Source: an uncultured Candidatus Rokubacteria bacterium
Lineage (GTDB): Bacteria; Methylomirabilota; Methylomirabilia; Rokubacteriales; CSP1-6
Reading direction: 5' to 3'
Assembly: GCA_963840495.1 (NCBI GenBank)
Contig: CAWIZN010000047.1
Span: forward strand, 89,485-153,484
Length of the DNA: 64,000 nt
The notes under the pieces are model-generated. The model did no database searches and was not told where the DNA came from. It saw only the letters and a list, made by a program, of their open reading frames with translations. Below are positions 56,661 to 64,000 of the stretch, piece by piece (within the stretch, counting starts at the first letter, position 1; the number at the start of each line of letters is the position of its first letter). Position numbers and translations under genes: made by a program.

Positions 56661-56994
56661 ATGCTGGACAATTTGTTCAAGTCGTTCGATGGACTTCTGA
56701 AAGAGAAGCACAGTCTCAGTGCGAAGGCTGACCAGTTGGCGCGGAACGAACGGACAGCTTGTCGAGAAGCTGAGCCGCGCGCTGGCAGGGTCGGGCTACC
56801 GCGTGGTCCCCGTCTCCGATGCCGGTTCCGCCCCGGGCCGCGCGGGAGGCAAGATGCGGGGGCGGCGCAAGCGGCTGCAGTGCCCGAAATGCGAGCGGAC
56901 ATTCGCTCACCCGCTGCCGATGTCCCGGCATCTGAAGGCCACGCACAATGTCACGGTGGGCGGCAAGAAGAAGGGCCGGAGGAAGACCGCGTAA
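56661..56994 (+). CDS. small coiled-coil plus classical C2H2 zinc-finger protein with a basic tail, frameshifted as sequenced
   Basis: ATG 56661 (GAGG 8 nt upstream) gives MLDNLFKSFDGLLKEKHSLSAKADQLARNER. After about 56752-56756 it continues in the frame of ORF 56719..56994: QLVEKLSRALAGSGYRVVPVSDAG...RKRLQCPKCERTFAHPLPMSRHLKATHNVTVGGKKKGRRKTA. The spacing is C-x2-C-x12-H-x4-H. Confidence 0.55.
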
Positions 56995-57018
56995 CGCCCG
57001 GCCTCGCGCCGGCTGTCC

Positions 57019-57047
57019 TTGACCTGGGTAGCGCTCGGGGCTAGCCT
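57019..57047 (+). promoter_or_regulatory. promoter TTGACC-17-TAGCCT
   Basis: TTGACC at 57019-57024 and TAGCCT at 57042-57047, then 8 nt to ATG 57056. Confidence 0.45.
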
Positions 57048-57055
57048 CAAGCCTG

Positions 57056-58780
57056 ATGTACATCGGTCATTTCGGCCTGACTGAGCCCCCGTTCTCGATC
57101 ACGCCCGATCCCCGCTACCTGTACATGAGCGAGGCCCATCGCGAGGCCCTCGCTCATCTTCTCTACGGGATCGGGGAAGGCGGCGGCTTCGTCCAGCTCA
57201 CCGGTGAGGTGGGAACCGGGAAGACGACGCTGTGCCGGTGCCTGCTCGAGCAATTGCCCGCCCGGGTGGACGTGGCGTTCATCCTCAACCCGAAGCTCAC
57301 GGACGTCGAGCTTCTGGCCGCCATCTGCGACGAGCTTCGCATTCCCTATCCGGCCGGCACCACCAGCCGGAAGGTGTACGTCGACGCGCTCCACCACCAC
57401 CTGCTCGACGCGCACGGGCGCGGCCACCGCACCGTGCTGATCATCGACGAGGCTCAGGATCTCGCCCCGGACGTGCTCGAGCAGATCCGGCTCCTCACCA
57501 ACCTCGAGACCACCACGCAGAAGCTCCTCCAGATCATCCTCATCGGACAGCCGGAGCTCATCCGCATCCTCGAGCGCGAGGACTTGAGGCAGCTCGCCCA
57601 GCGAGTCACCGCGCGCTATCATCTCCGGCCATTCACCGAGCCCGACACGCGGGCCTACATCGCGCATCGCCTGGAGGTCGCGGGCGCGAAGGAAAAGATC
57701 GTGAGCGACGCGGCCACGCGCGCGGTGCATCGCGCCTCCCGCGGCATCCCCCGGCTGATCAATGCCATCTGCGACCGCGCGCTGCTCGGGGCCTTCAGCC
57801 AGGATCGCCGCCGCGTCACCGCCCCGACGGTCCGCCGGGCCGCGGGTGAGGTCCTGGGCGCCGCCGGGCCCCGCCGCGGCCGCCCGTGGAGGTGGGTGGG
57901 AGCGGCCGTCGCCGCGGGGGCGCTCCTCACCGGCGCCGCCATGCTGATCGGCCAGGCGAGGATCGGCCCGAGCGCTGGTGGGCCTTTCATCCCGTGGATC
58001 AAGCCCGAGCCGACCATGCCGGGTGCGCCGCCCGCCCGTCCAGTACCGGCGTCCCCGAGCGCCAGCATGACCTCGACGCCGCCGGACTCGAAGGTCACGG
58101 CGCCCGCGCCCGCGGCGGCCTTGGAAAAGAAGCCGGCCACGCCGGCATCGGTGACGCTCGGCGAGCTCCTCGCCGATCCCGGGGTGCGGGCCGACAAGAA
58201 ATCGGCCTTCGCAAGCCTCTACGCCCGCTGGCGGCTCGACTTCGATGGGGCGAAGACGACGCTCGGGTGTGAGCGCGGACGGGCGGAGGGACTCGAGTGC
58301 CTCTTCAAGACGGGCACCTGGGCAAAGCTCAGACGCTACAATGTGCCGGCGATCATCGAGCTGTCGGCGCCGAACGGTGACCGCAGGTACGCCACGGTCG
58401 TCGCGCTCGGCGAGGACACGGCGACGCTCGACTTCGGGGGCCGACGCTATGTCCTGCCCTTCAGCGAAGTCGATCGTTACTGGGAAGGCCCGTTCATCGT
58501 CCTGTGGAGGGCGGCCTCGGTCACCGCCTCCTCGATCGCGCCGGGGGCGCGCGGCAAGGACGTGGAGTGGGTTCGCCAGCGGCTCAGCGAGATGGACGGC
58601 GCCCCCGCGGGAGGCCGGCAGCGGGATGTCTTCGACGAGGACCTGCGCTCCCGCGTGATGGCGTTCCAGCGCGCCCGATCGCTGGTCGCTGATGGGATCG
58701 TCGGCGAGGAGACCCTGCTCCACCTGAGCGCCGGCGCGCGCGATCCGCGCATCCCGCGCCTGTCCGAGACGGGCTCCTGA
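57056..58780 (+). CDS. ExeA/GspA-type AAA+ ATPase with a C-terminal peptidoglycan-binding domain
   Basis: ORF 57056..58780(+). MYIGHFGLTEPPFSITPDPRYLYMSEAHREAL.., Walker A GEVGTGKTT, Walker B LIIDEAQ, a TM segment, a Pro-rich linker, and the C-terminus ..RVMAFQRARSLVADGIVGEETLLHL. Confidence 0.87.
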   Translation: MYIGHFGLTEPPFSITPDPRYLYMSEAHREALAHLLYGIGEGGGFVQLTGEVGTGKTTLCRCLLEQLPARVDVAFILNPKLTDVELLAAICDELRIPYPAGTTSRKVYVDALHHHLLDAHGRGHRTVLIIDEAQDLAPDVLEQIRLLTNLETTTQKLLQIILIGQPELIRILEREDLRQLAQRVTARYHLRPFTEPDTRAYIAHRLEVAGAKEKIVSDAATRAVHRASRGIPRLINAICDRALLGAFSQDRRRVTAPTVRRAAGEVLGAAGPRRGRPWRWVGAAVAAGALLTGAAMLIGQARIGPSAGGPFIPWIKPEPTMPGAPPARPVPASPSASMTSTPPDSKVTAPAPAAALEKKPATPASVTLGELLADPGVRADKKSAFASLYARWRLDFDGAKTTLGCERGRAEGLECLFKTGTWAKLRRYNVPAIIELSAPNGDRRYATVVALGEDTATLDFGGRRYVLPFSEVDRYWEGPFIVLWRAASVTASSIAPGARGKDVEWVRQRLSEMDGAPAGGRQRDVFDEDLRSRVMAFQRARSLVADGIVGEETLLHLSAGARDPRIPRLSETGS

Positions 58781-58792
58781 CGGGGCGTCGCG

Positions 58793-59733
58793 ATGTCCTA
58801 TATCCTCGACGCCCTCAGGAAAGCCGAGCAGAAGCGGCAGCTCGCGGCAAAAGTGCCGACGCTCGCCACGATCCATCGCCAGCCTGCCGCGGTCCGTCCG
58901 CCGATTCGCCTGCGGCTCTGGCCCTGGGTCGCGGGCGCCGTGATCGTCGTGAATGCCGGCGTCGTGACGTGGCTCCTGCTCCCGGCCGGGACGAGGTCCA
59001 CCGCATCGCTGGACAGGCCGGGCTCATTCTCGACGCCCGGCACCGCGGCGCCGTCCGCGCCCGGCGCGACGGCCTCCCCTGCGCCCGGCCCTCGGGCCGC
59101 GCCACTCACGGCCGACGGCCCTGTGCCCTCGGCGCCAGCCGCTCCCCGTGCCCCCGCGACGCCGGGTCCTCCCGTCGCCGCGCCTCCGGCTCCGGCCCGC
59201 GGGCCTGCATCGGAACCAGGTCGGGCGACAACCAACGCGGCCGAGACCAAAGTCCGGGGCTCGGCCTGCGCCGCCGCAGGCCGCGGTGAGCCCGATCAGC
59301 CCAGGTCCGATCAGAAGCCCCACACCGCCGTCGCGCCTGTTCCCCCCGCGTCGTCGCCGACCGCAGAAAAGCCCTCCCGGCGCCGCGCTCTCCGGCCACT
59401 CCCGCCGCACCGGAGCGGGCCGCCCCCTCGCCGGATCGGCCGGCCGTGGCCGCGATCCCGCCGGCGAATCAAGCCAGGCCGGCCGAGCGCGCGCCGGGAT
59501 CACCCGCCGGCACCGCACCTCAGAGCACGCCTCAGGGCGTGCAGGATATGGTGGCGAAATTGAAGCTGCAGATGGTGGTCTACTCGGACGTTCCGGCGGA
59601 GCGACTGGTCTTCATCAACAACCAGAAGTACGTCGAGGGCAGCTCGATCGACGGCACGCTTCGCGTCGAGAGCATCAATCCCGACAGCGCGGTCCTCAGC
59701 CACCAGGGCCAGCGCTTCGTCATCCGGCAGTAG
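58793..59733 (+). CDS. GspB/ExeB-like protein, at least one frameshift in the Pro/Ala-rich linker as sequenced
   Basis: ORF 58793..59563(+) gives the N-terminus MSYILDALRKAEQKRQ.. plus a TM segment. ORF 59446..59733(+) gives the C-terminal domain ..LKLQMVVYSDVPAERLVFINNQKYVEGSSIDGTLRVESINPDSAVLSHQGQRFVIRQ. The junction is somewhere in 59100-59450. Confidence 0.7.
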
Positions 59734-60087
59734 TCCGCCGGCGGCCTCCGAAGATCCGGTCCTTGACCCGGCCCGGCACCCAGCGCGCCAGTCGGCGCGC
59801 CACCGCCGCGACCGCGTCGAGTGAGGCCGGCTGACCCGGCCAATACTTCAGCAGCAGGGCCCGGTCGACGTGGTTCAAGAGCCCGTCGAGCACCAGCGCC
59901 ACGAGCAGGACATCATCGAGCAGGCCGACGAACGGGAATCACGTCGGGGATGAGGTCGAGCGGGCTCGCCAGGTAGAACGCCATCGCCGCGAGCACCAGC
60001 TTGGCCGACACGCGGGACCTGGCGATCGGTGAGGAGCGAGGCGATCATCCGCCCGAGGCGCGGCAAGAGCAGCGCCAGGCTCTTCAC
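59720..60087 (-). CDS. DUF1232 (YkvA-like) membrane protein, two frameshifts as sequenced
   Basis: Own three-frame reading: VKSLALLLPRLGRMIASLLTDRQVPRV | AKLVLAAMAFYLASPLDLIPDVIP | FVGLLDDVLLVALVLDGLLNHVDRALLLKYWPG.. This shows the hallmark PxDLIPDxIPxxGxLDD. Junctions are at about 60000-60012 and 59927-59939. Confidence 0.7.
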
Positions 60088-60094
60088 GCCCCTG

Positions 60095-62107
60095 TCACTC
60101 GAGCCGCTCCACCAGCACCTCGGCGATGTCGCGCGTCTTGATCCGGTCGCCGACCTCCTTCGCCTTCACCCCGTCCTCGAACATGGTGAGGCAGAAGGGG
60201 CAGGCGGAGGCGAGGATGTCCGGATTCACCTCCATCGCCTGCTCGACGCGCACCTGGTTCACGCGCCGCCCCTCGTGCTCCTCCATCAGCACCCGACCGC
60301 CGCCGCCGCCGCAGCAGAACCCGCGGGACCGCGACAGCTCCATCTCGACGATCGGTCCCTGCGTCAACGAGGCCAGGACGCGCCGCGGCTCGTCGTACAC
60401 GTCGTTGTAGCGGCCGAGGTTGCAGGCGTCGTGGTAGGTGATGCGGTCCGTCTGATCCCGCGCGACGCGCAGGCGCCCCGAGCCCACCAGGTCGTCGAGG
60501 AGCTGGCTGTGATGGATGACGCGGAAATGCCCGTCGAAGTCCGGGTACTCGTTCTTGATCGTGTTGAAGCAGTGCGGACAGGCCGTGACGATGGTCTGGA
60601 ACCGGTATTGCTTGAGCGTCTCGACATTGCCCTGGGCCAGGGTCTGGTAGAGATACTCGTGGCCCAGCCGCCGCGCCGGCTCGCCCGTGCAGCGCTCCTC
60701 GTTGCCGAGGATGGCGAAATCAACCCGGGCCGCCTGCATGAGCTTGACGAAGGCGCGGGCGACCTTCTTGTTGCGCTCGTCGAAGGAGCCATAGCAGCCG
60801 ACCCAGTAGAGATACTCGGCCTCGCGGACGTCGCTCATGACGCGGACGCCGAGGTCGGCGGCCCAGTCGGCGCGGGTCTGCCACGACATCTGCCACGGGT
60901 TGCCGTTGCTCTCCATGTTGCGGAAGGCCGGCTGCAGCTCCGCGGGGAAGCGCGACTCGGAGAGGACGAGGAAGCGCCGCATGTCCGTGATCTTCGGCAC
61001 GTGCTCGATGAAGACCGGGCAGGCGTCCACGCACCAGCGGCACATCGTGCACGCCCAGAGGACATTGTCGTGGATGACGTCGCCGACGAGCGCCCCGCCG
61101 TGGGCCGTCGCCGCCCCCGCCGGCGCACCGTTCTTGGTCCCGGCGACCAGGGCGGGCCCCTCCTCCATGATGCGCTCCTGCAGGTGCAGGATGAGCATCT
61201 TCGGGTCCAGCTCCTTGCCGCTCATGTTGGCCGGGCAGCGCGAGGTGCAGCGGCCGCACTCGGTGCAGTTGTAGGTGTCGAAGAGGTCCTTCCAGGTGAA
61301 CTCCGTGATCTCCCCCACCCCGAACGTCTCGGCGTTCTCGAGGTCCACCGTCCGGAACCGCCCCTTCGGCTCGAGCGTGGCGAAGAACACGTTGAGCGGC
61401 GCGGCGAGCACGTGCAGATGCTTCGAGTATGGCAGCCAGACCAGGAAGCCCAGCAGGAGCGCGGCGTGCAGCCACCACGCCGCGTGGAAGATCACCGCGA
61501 CCGCGCCGTGGGGCAGGCCGGCGAGCGCGCGCGCGATGGCCTGGCCGGCGAACTGCCAGTGGTCGCTCGGCGCCGGGGCGAGCACGATGCGCCCCGCGTC
61601 GGCCACGAGGTCCGAGACCATGAGCCCGAAGATCAGGCTCAGGATGAACAGGCCCTCGGCGGACAGCGTGAGGCGGCGCGGCCGCGTGACGATGCGCCGG
61701 AACGCCGCGTAGGAGACCGCGGCGATGACGAGGACGCTGAAGAGGTCCTGCAGGACGAGGAACGGACCGGTGTCGGACATGAAGGGCAGAAAGAACGACT
61801 CCGTGACGCCCTTGCCGAAGAACTCGACGGTGCCGAGGGTCAGGATGATGAAGCCCCAGAAGATGGTGGCGTGCATCAGGCCGGGCCAGAAGTCGCCCCC
61901 GATGAGCCGCGCCTGCCCGATCACGTAGACGAGGACCTTGCCGATGCGCGCCGGCAGGTGGTCCCATCGGGACGCCGGCTTGCCCTTGAGCAGGAGCCGA
62001 ACGAGGAAGGTCACCCGCCGCGCGAAGAGCACGACCGCAACCGCGACCATCGCGGCGAAGATGAGCCAGCCGGGAACGATCCCGTACCAGTGGTGAGACG
62101 GCAACAT
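60095..62107 (-). CDS. membrane-anchored (Fe-S) oxidoreductase: N-terminal multi-TM domain plus 2x[4Fe-4S] plus CCG domains (HdrD/DsrK-like)
   Basis: ORF 60095..62107(-), intact. CTECGRCTSRCP and CTMCRWCVDACP, with CCG-type motifs ..GFCCGGGGG.., ..ACPHCF.., ..ACPFCL.. Confidence 0.85.
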   Translation of the reverse strand: MLPSHHWYGIVPGWLIFAAMVAVAVVLFARRVTFLVRLLLKGKPASRWDHLPARIGKVLVYVIGQARLIGGDFWPGLMHATIFWGFIILTLGTVEFFGKGVTESFFLPFMSDTGPFLVLQDLFSVLVIAAVSYAAFRRIVTRPRRLTLSAEGLFILSLIFGLMVSDLVADAGRIVLAPAPSDHWQFAGQAIARALAGLPHGAVAVIFHAAWWLHAALLLGFLVWLPYSKHLHVLAAPLNVFFATLEPKGRFRTVDLENAETFGVGEITEFTWKDLFDTYNCTECGRCTSRCPANMSGKELDPKMLILHLQERIMEEGPALVAGTKNGAPAGAATAHGGALVGDVIHDNVLWACTMCRWCVDACPVFIEHVPKITDMRRFLVLSESRFPAELQPAFRNMESNGNPWQMSWQTRADWAADLGVRVMSDVREAEYLYWVGCYGSFDERNKKVARAFVKLMQAARVDFAILGNEERCTGEPARRLGHEYLYQTLAQGNVETLKQYRFQTIVTACPHCFNTIKNEYPDFDGHFRVIHHSQLLDDLVGSGRLRVARDQTDRITYHDACNLGRYNDVYDEPRRVLASLTQGPIVEMELSRSRGFCCGGGGGRVLMEEHEGRRVNQVRVEQAMEVNPDILASACPFCLTMFEDGVKAKEVGDRIKTRDIAEVLVERLE

Positions 62108-62169
62108 TCAGCGAATCCTCCGTTCGGGGCGACGATTGGGGCTGATACTGCGTGCGGCCCGGACGCTTG

Positions 62170-63132
62170 TCAAGGCCGCGCGAGCGTCGACGACAGGATC
62201 CGCGTGACGGCCGAGTACGGATCGAGCGCCCCGTCGGACACGACGGCGAGCGTGCGCGCGAGATCCGGATCGGCGTGCACGCGGGCCATGACCTGCGCCG
62301 TGAGCTCCTCGGCGAGGAGCGCTTCGAGCTCCGCCCGCCGCCGGGCCCGGCGCCGCGCATCGAGCGCGCCCGCCTCGCCGAGGGCCGCGCGGTGACGCAC
62401 GATGGCCTCCAAGACCTCCGCCACGCCCACGTCATTGACGGCCTGCGCGGCGAGCACCGGCGTCTCCCAGTCCACGTCCTTGGGACCCGCGCCGCTCGTG
62501 TACTGCAGGTGGACGCTGAAGCGGATATCGGCCATCAGGGCGTGGGCCCCGTCGCGATCGGCCTTGTTGACCACGAAGATGTCGGCCACCTCCATGAGCC
62601 CCGCCTTCATGGCCTGGATCGAGTCGCCGGACTCCGGCACCAGCGCGACGACCGTCGTGTCGGCCTGGCGGATCACGTCGAGCTCCGTCTGCCCGACGCC
62701 GACCGTCTCGAGGATGATCCACGGAAACCCGAAGGCGTCCATCAGCTTGATGACGTCGCCGGTGGCGCGGGCCAGGCCTCCGAGGCTGCCGCGCGTGGCC
62801 ATGCTGCGGATGAAGACGTCCGGGTCGAGGGTATGCGCCTGCATCCGGATGCGGTCGCCGAGGACCGCGCCCCCGGTGAACGGGCTCGACGGATCCACCG
62901 CGATCACCCCCACGGACGAGCCCCCGGTGCGCAGGCGAGCGGTGAGCCGGTCGACGAGGGTCGACTTCCCGGCGCCCGGCGGCCCGGTCACTCCGAGGAC
63001 ATAGGCGCGTCCGGTGTGCGGATGGACGGCGCGCATGATGTCGGGCACGTCCGGCAGGCGATTCTCGACGCGCGTGATGAGCCGCGCAAGCGCCAGCCGA
63101 TCGCCGCCGAGCATGCGCCCGACCAGGTCCAT
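62170..63132 (-). CDS. meaB: methylmalonyl-CoA-mutase-associated G3E GTPase MeaB/ArgK
   Basis: ORF 62170..63132(-), intact. GPPGAGKST, ..AVDPSSPFTGGAVLGDRIRM.., ..ETVGVGQ.., ..VNKADR.. Confidence 0.9.
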   Translation of the reverse strand: MDLVGRMLGGDRLALARLITRVENRLPDVPDIMRAVHPHTGRAYVLGVTGPPGAGKSTLVDRLTARLRTGGSSVGVIAVDPSSPFTGGAVLGDRIRMQAHTLDPDVFIRSMATRGSLGGLARATGDVIKLMDAFGFPWIILETVGVGQTELDVIRQADTTVVALVPESGDSIQAMKAGLMEVADIFVVNKADRDGAHALMADIRFSVHLQYTSGAGPKDVDWETPVLAAQAVNDVGVAEVLEAIVRHRAALGEAGALDARRRARRRAELEALLAEELTAQVMARVHADPDLARTLAVVSDGALDPYSAVTRILSSTLARP

Positions 63133-63277
63133 CGGCTAGGCTGAGGTGGATCGAGACGACGCGGAAGTCGGCACGCACGCGCCGATCTTAGCAGACTCCC
63201 CGCGACGCCGACCTCGCGTGATCGGCTCCGGTCGGCCGCGTCTCTTTCCTTTGCCGGTCCGGCCGGGCCGCGCGCGT

Positions 63278-63830
63278 ATGCTATTCGATACATGTCACGC
63301 ATCGGATACCTGTCGCGGGCCGCGCGCGGCGCGCGGCCCGTGGCTCGCGGCCCTGGTCGGCTTCGTCGTCTCCCTCCTCGTCCTCGTCCCGAACGCCGCC
63401 TCCCCTTACGACACCCGGAGCCTCACGGCGATCGTCACGCAGGTCGTCGACGGGGACACGATCTACGTGCGCGTCGACGGGCGAATCGAGAAGGTCCGGT
63501 ATATCGGGATGGACACGCCCGAGACCAAGCATCCGGTCAAAGGTAGAGAACCGGGCGGCATGGAGGCGACCGCCCTCAATCGCCGCCTCGTGATGGGCAA
63601 GACGGTCCGGCTCGAGCTCGATGTGCGGGAGCGCGACCGCTACCGGCGGCTGCTCGCCTACGTGTACGTGGGGGACCTCATGGTCAACGCGGAGCTGGTC
63701 AGGCTCGGCTACGCCCACGCCATGACGGTGCCGCCCAACGTGGCCCACGCGAGCCGCTTCGTGAGCCTCGAGCGGCAGGCGCGGGAGGCCGGCCGCGGCC
63801 TGTGGGCGGCCGTCCGCCGGGGGGCGATAA
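63278..63830 (+). CDS. thermonuclease (SNase-like) with an N-terminal TM/signal; stop lost as sequenced
   Basis: Own translation from ATG 63278 (not in the track: no stop before the window end). ..LAALVGFVVSLLVLVPNAASPYDTRSLTAIVTQVVDGDTIYVRVDGRIEKVRYIGMDTPETKHP...RYRRLLAYVYVGDLMVNAELVRLGYAH..ERQAREAGRGLWAA.. Removing one G from the G6 run (63819-63824) puts the repeat-borne TAA (63828-63830) in frame. Confidence 0.75.
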
Positions 63831-63934
63831 GGGGCCATCTGCTTCGTTGGCGCGCTCGTCCGGGCGCTCAACGTACAGAGAGTACGCCTCGCGCCCGGCC
63901 TTCGCGCGCCGCCTCGCAGCTGACCCCTTCTCGC
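63826..63934 (-). repeat. long-hairpin intergenic repeat, copy A7 (reverse orientation)
   Basis: gataaggggccatctgcttcgttggcgcgctcgtccgggcgctcaacgta..gtacgcctcgcgcccggccttcgcgcgccgcctcgcagctgaccccttctcgcc. Confidence 0.82.
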
Positions 63935-64000
63935 CGCCCGGCGCCGTTCCCACCGTGGACGAGTCGCCCGGAAAGACGGTGGCGTGGTTCCGTTCGAGCG

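Noticed and set aside
56115-56711. A 198-aa minus-strand ORF between the epimerase and the zinc-finger gene
   Set aside because: It is mostly antisense to the epimerase 3' end and to the zinc-finger gene 5' end. It is Arg-rich, has no motifs and no SD.
8068-63934. The hairpin repeats, considered as a possible CRISPR array
   Set aside because: Copies are kilobases apart, occur in both orientations, are about 110-165 bp long and always lie between genes. There are no regularly spaced short repeats or spacers, and no cas genes.

Overview
GC-rich, densely coding bacterial chromosomal window. I found no rRNA, tRNA or CRISPR array. Deazaflavin/F420-type enzyme families and several promoters placed for leaderless transcripts suggest an actinobacterial, Chloroflexi or Rokubacteria-like lineage, but that is inference only.

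Gene content, left to right:
- A single-strand run mocR - Cys/Met PLP enzyme - GNAT - pdxS - pdxT.
- A CHAT/caspase-like orphan with a 61-aa partner, then an Smr protein and a SnoaL-like protein.
- A peptide-type ABC importer.
- A RACo-like corrinoid activator - MaoC - UroD-family operon.
- ychF, a shortened DMT transporter and queF.
- A visibly lower-GC islet carrying a decayed DDE integrase and a multi-frame membrane protein.
- Acyl-CoA and fatty-acid genes.
- A large carbon-storage region (about 28.5-49.3 kb): phaR, phaJ, two class III PHA synthase modules, phasins, a CYP102-type P450-reductase fusion, a WS/DGAT, a lipase-like hydrolase, SCP2, SDR and crotonase.
- sppA, hotdog/FecR/NUDIX genes, and a small C2H2 zinc-finger protein followed by an ExeA/GspB pair.
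- meaB followed by an HdrD-like membrane Fe-S oxidoreductase, then a thermonuclease.

Main findings:
1. Three paralogous GNAT acyltransferases are each linked to a different storage-polymer synthase (PhaC1, PhaC2, WS/DGAT).
2. A modular intergenic long-hairpin repeat family has at least 7 copies. Its stems show compensatory changes, and its ends abut or supply stop codons.
3. A minimal CHAT-like protein and a small partner gene lie divergent from a MocR regulator.
4. About 25 single-base frameshifts occur in otherwise well-conserved genes. These are most likely sequence or assembly indels, so pseudogene calls here are provisional.
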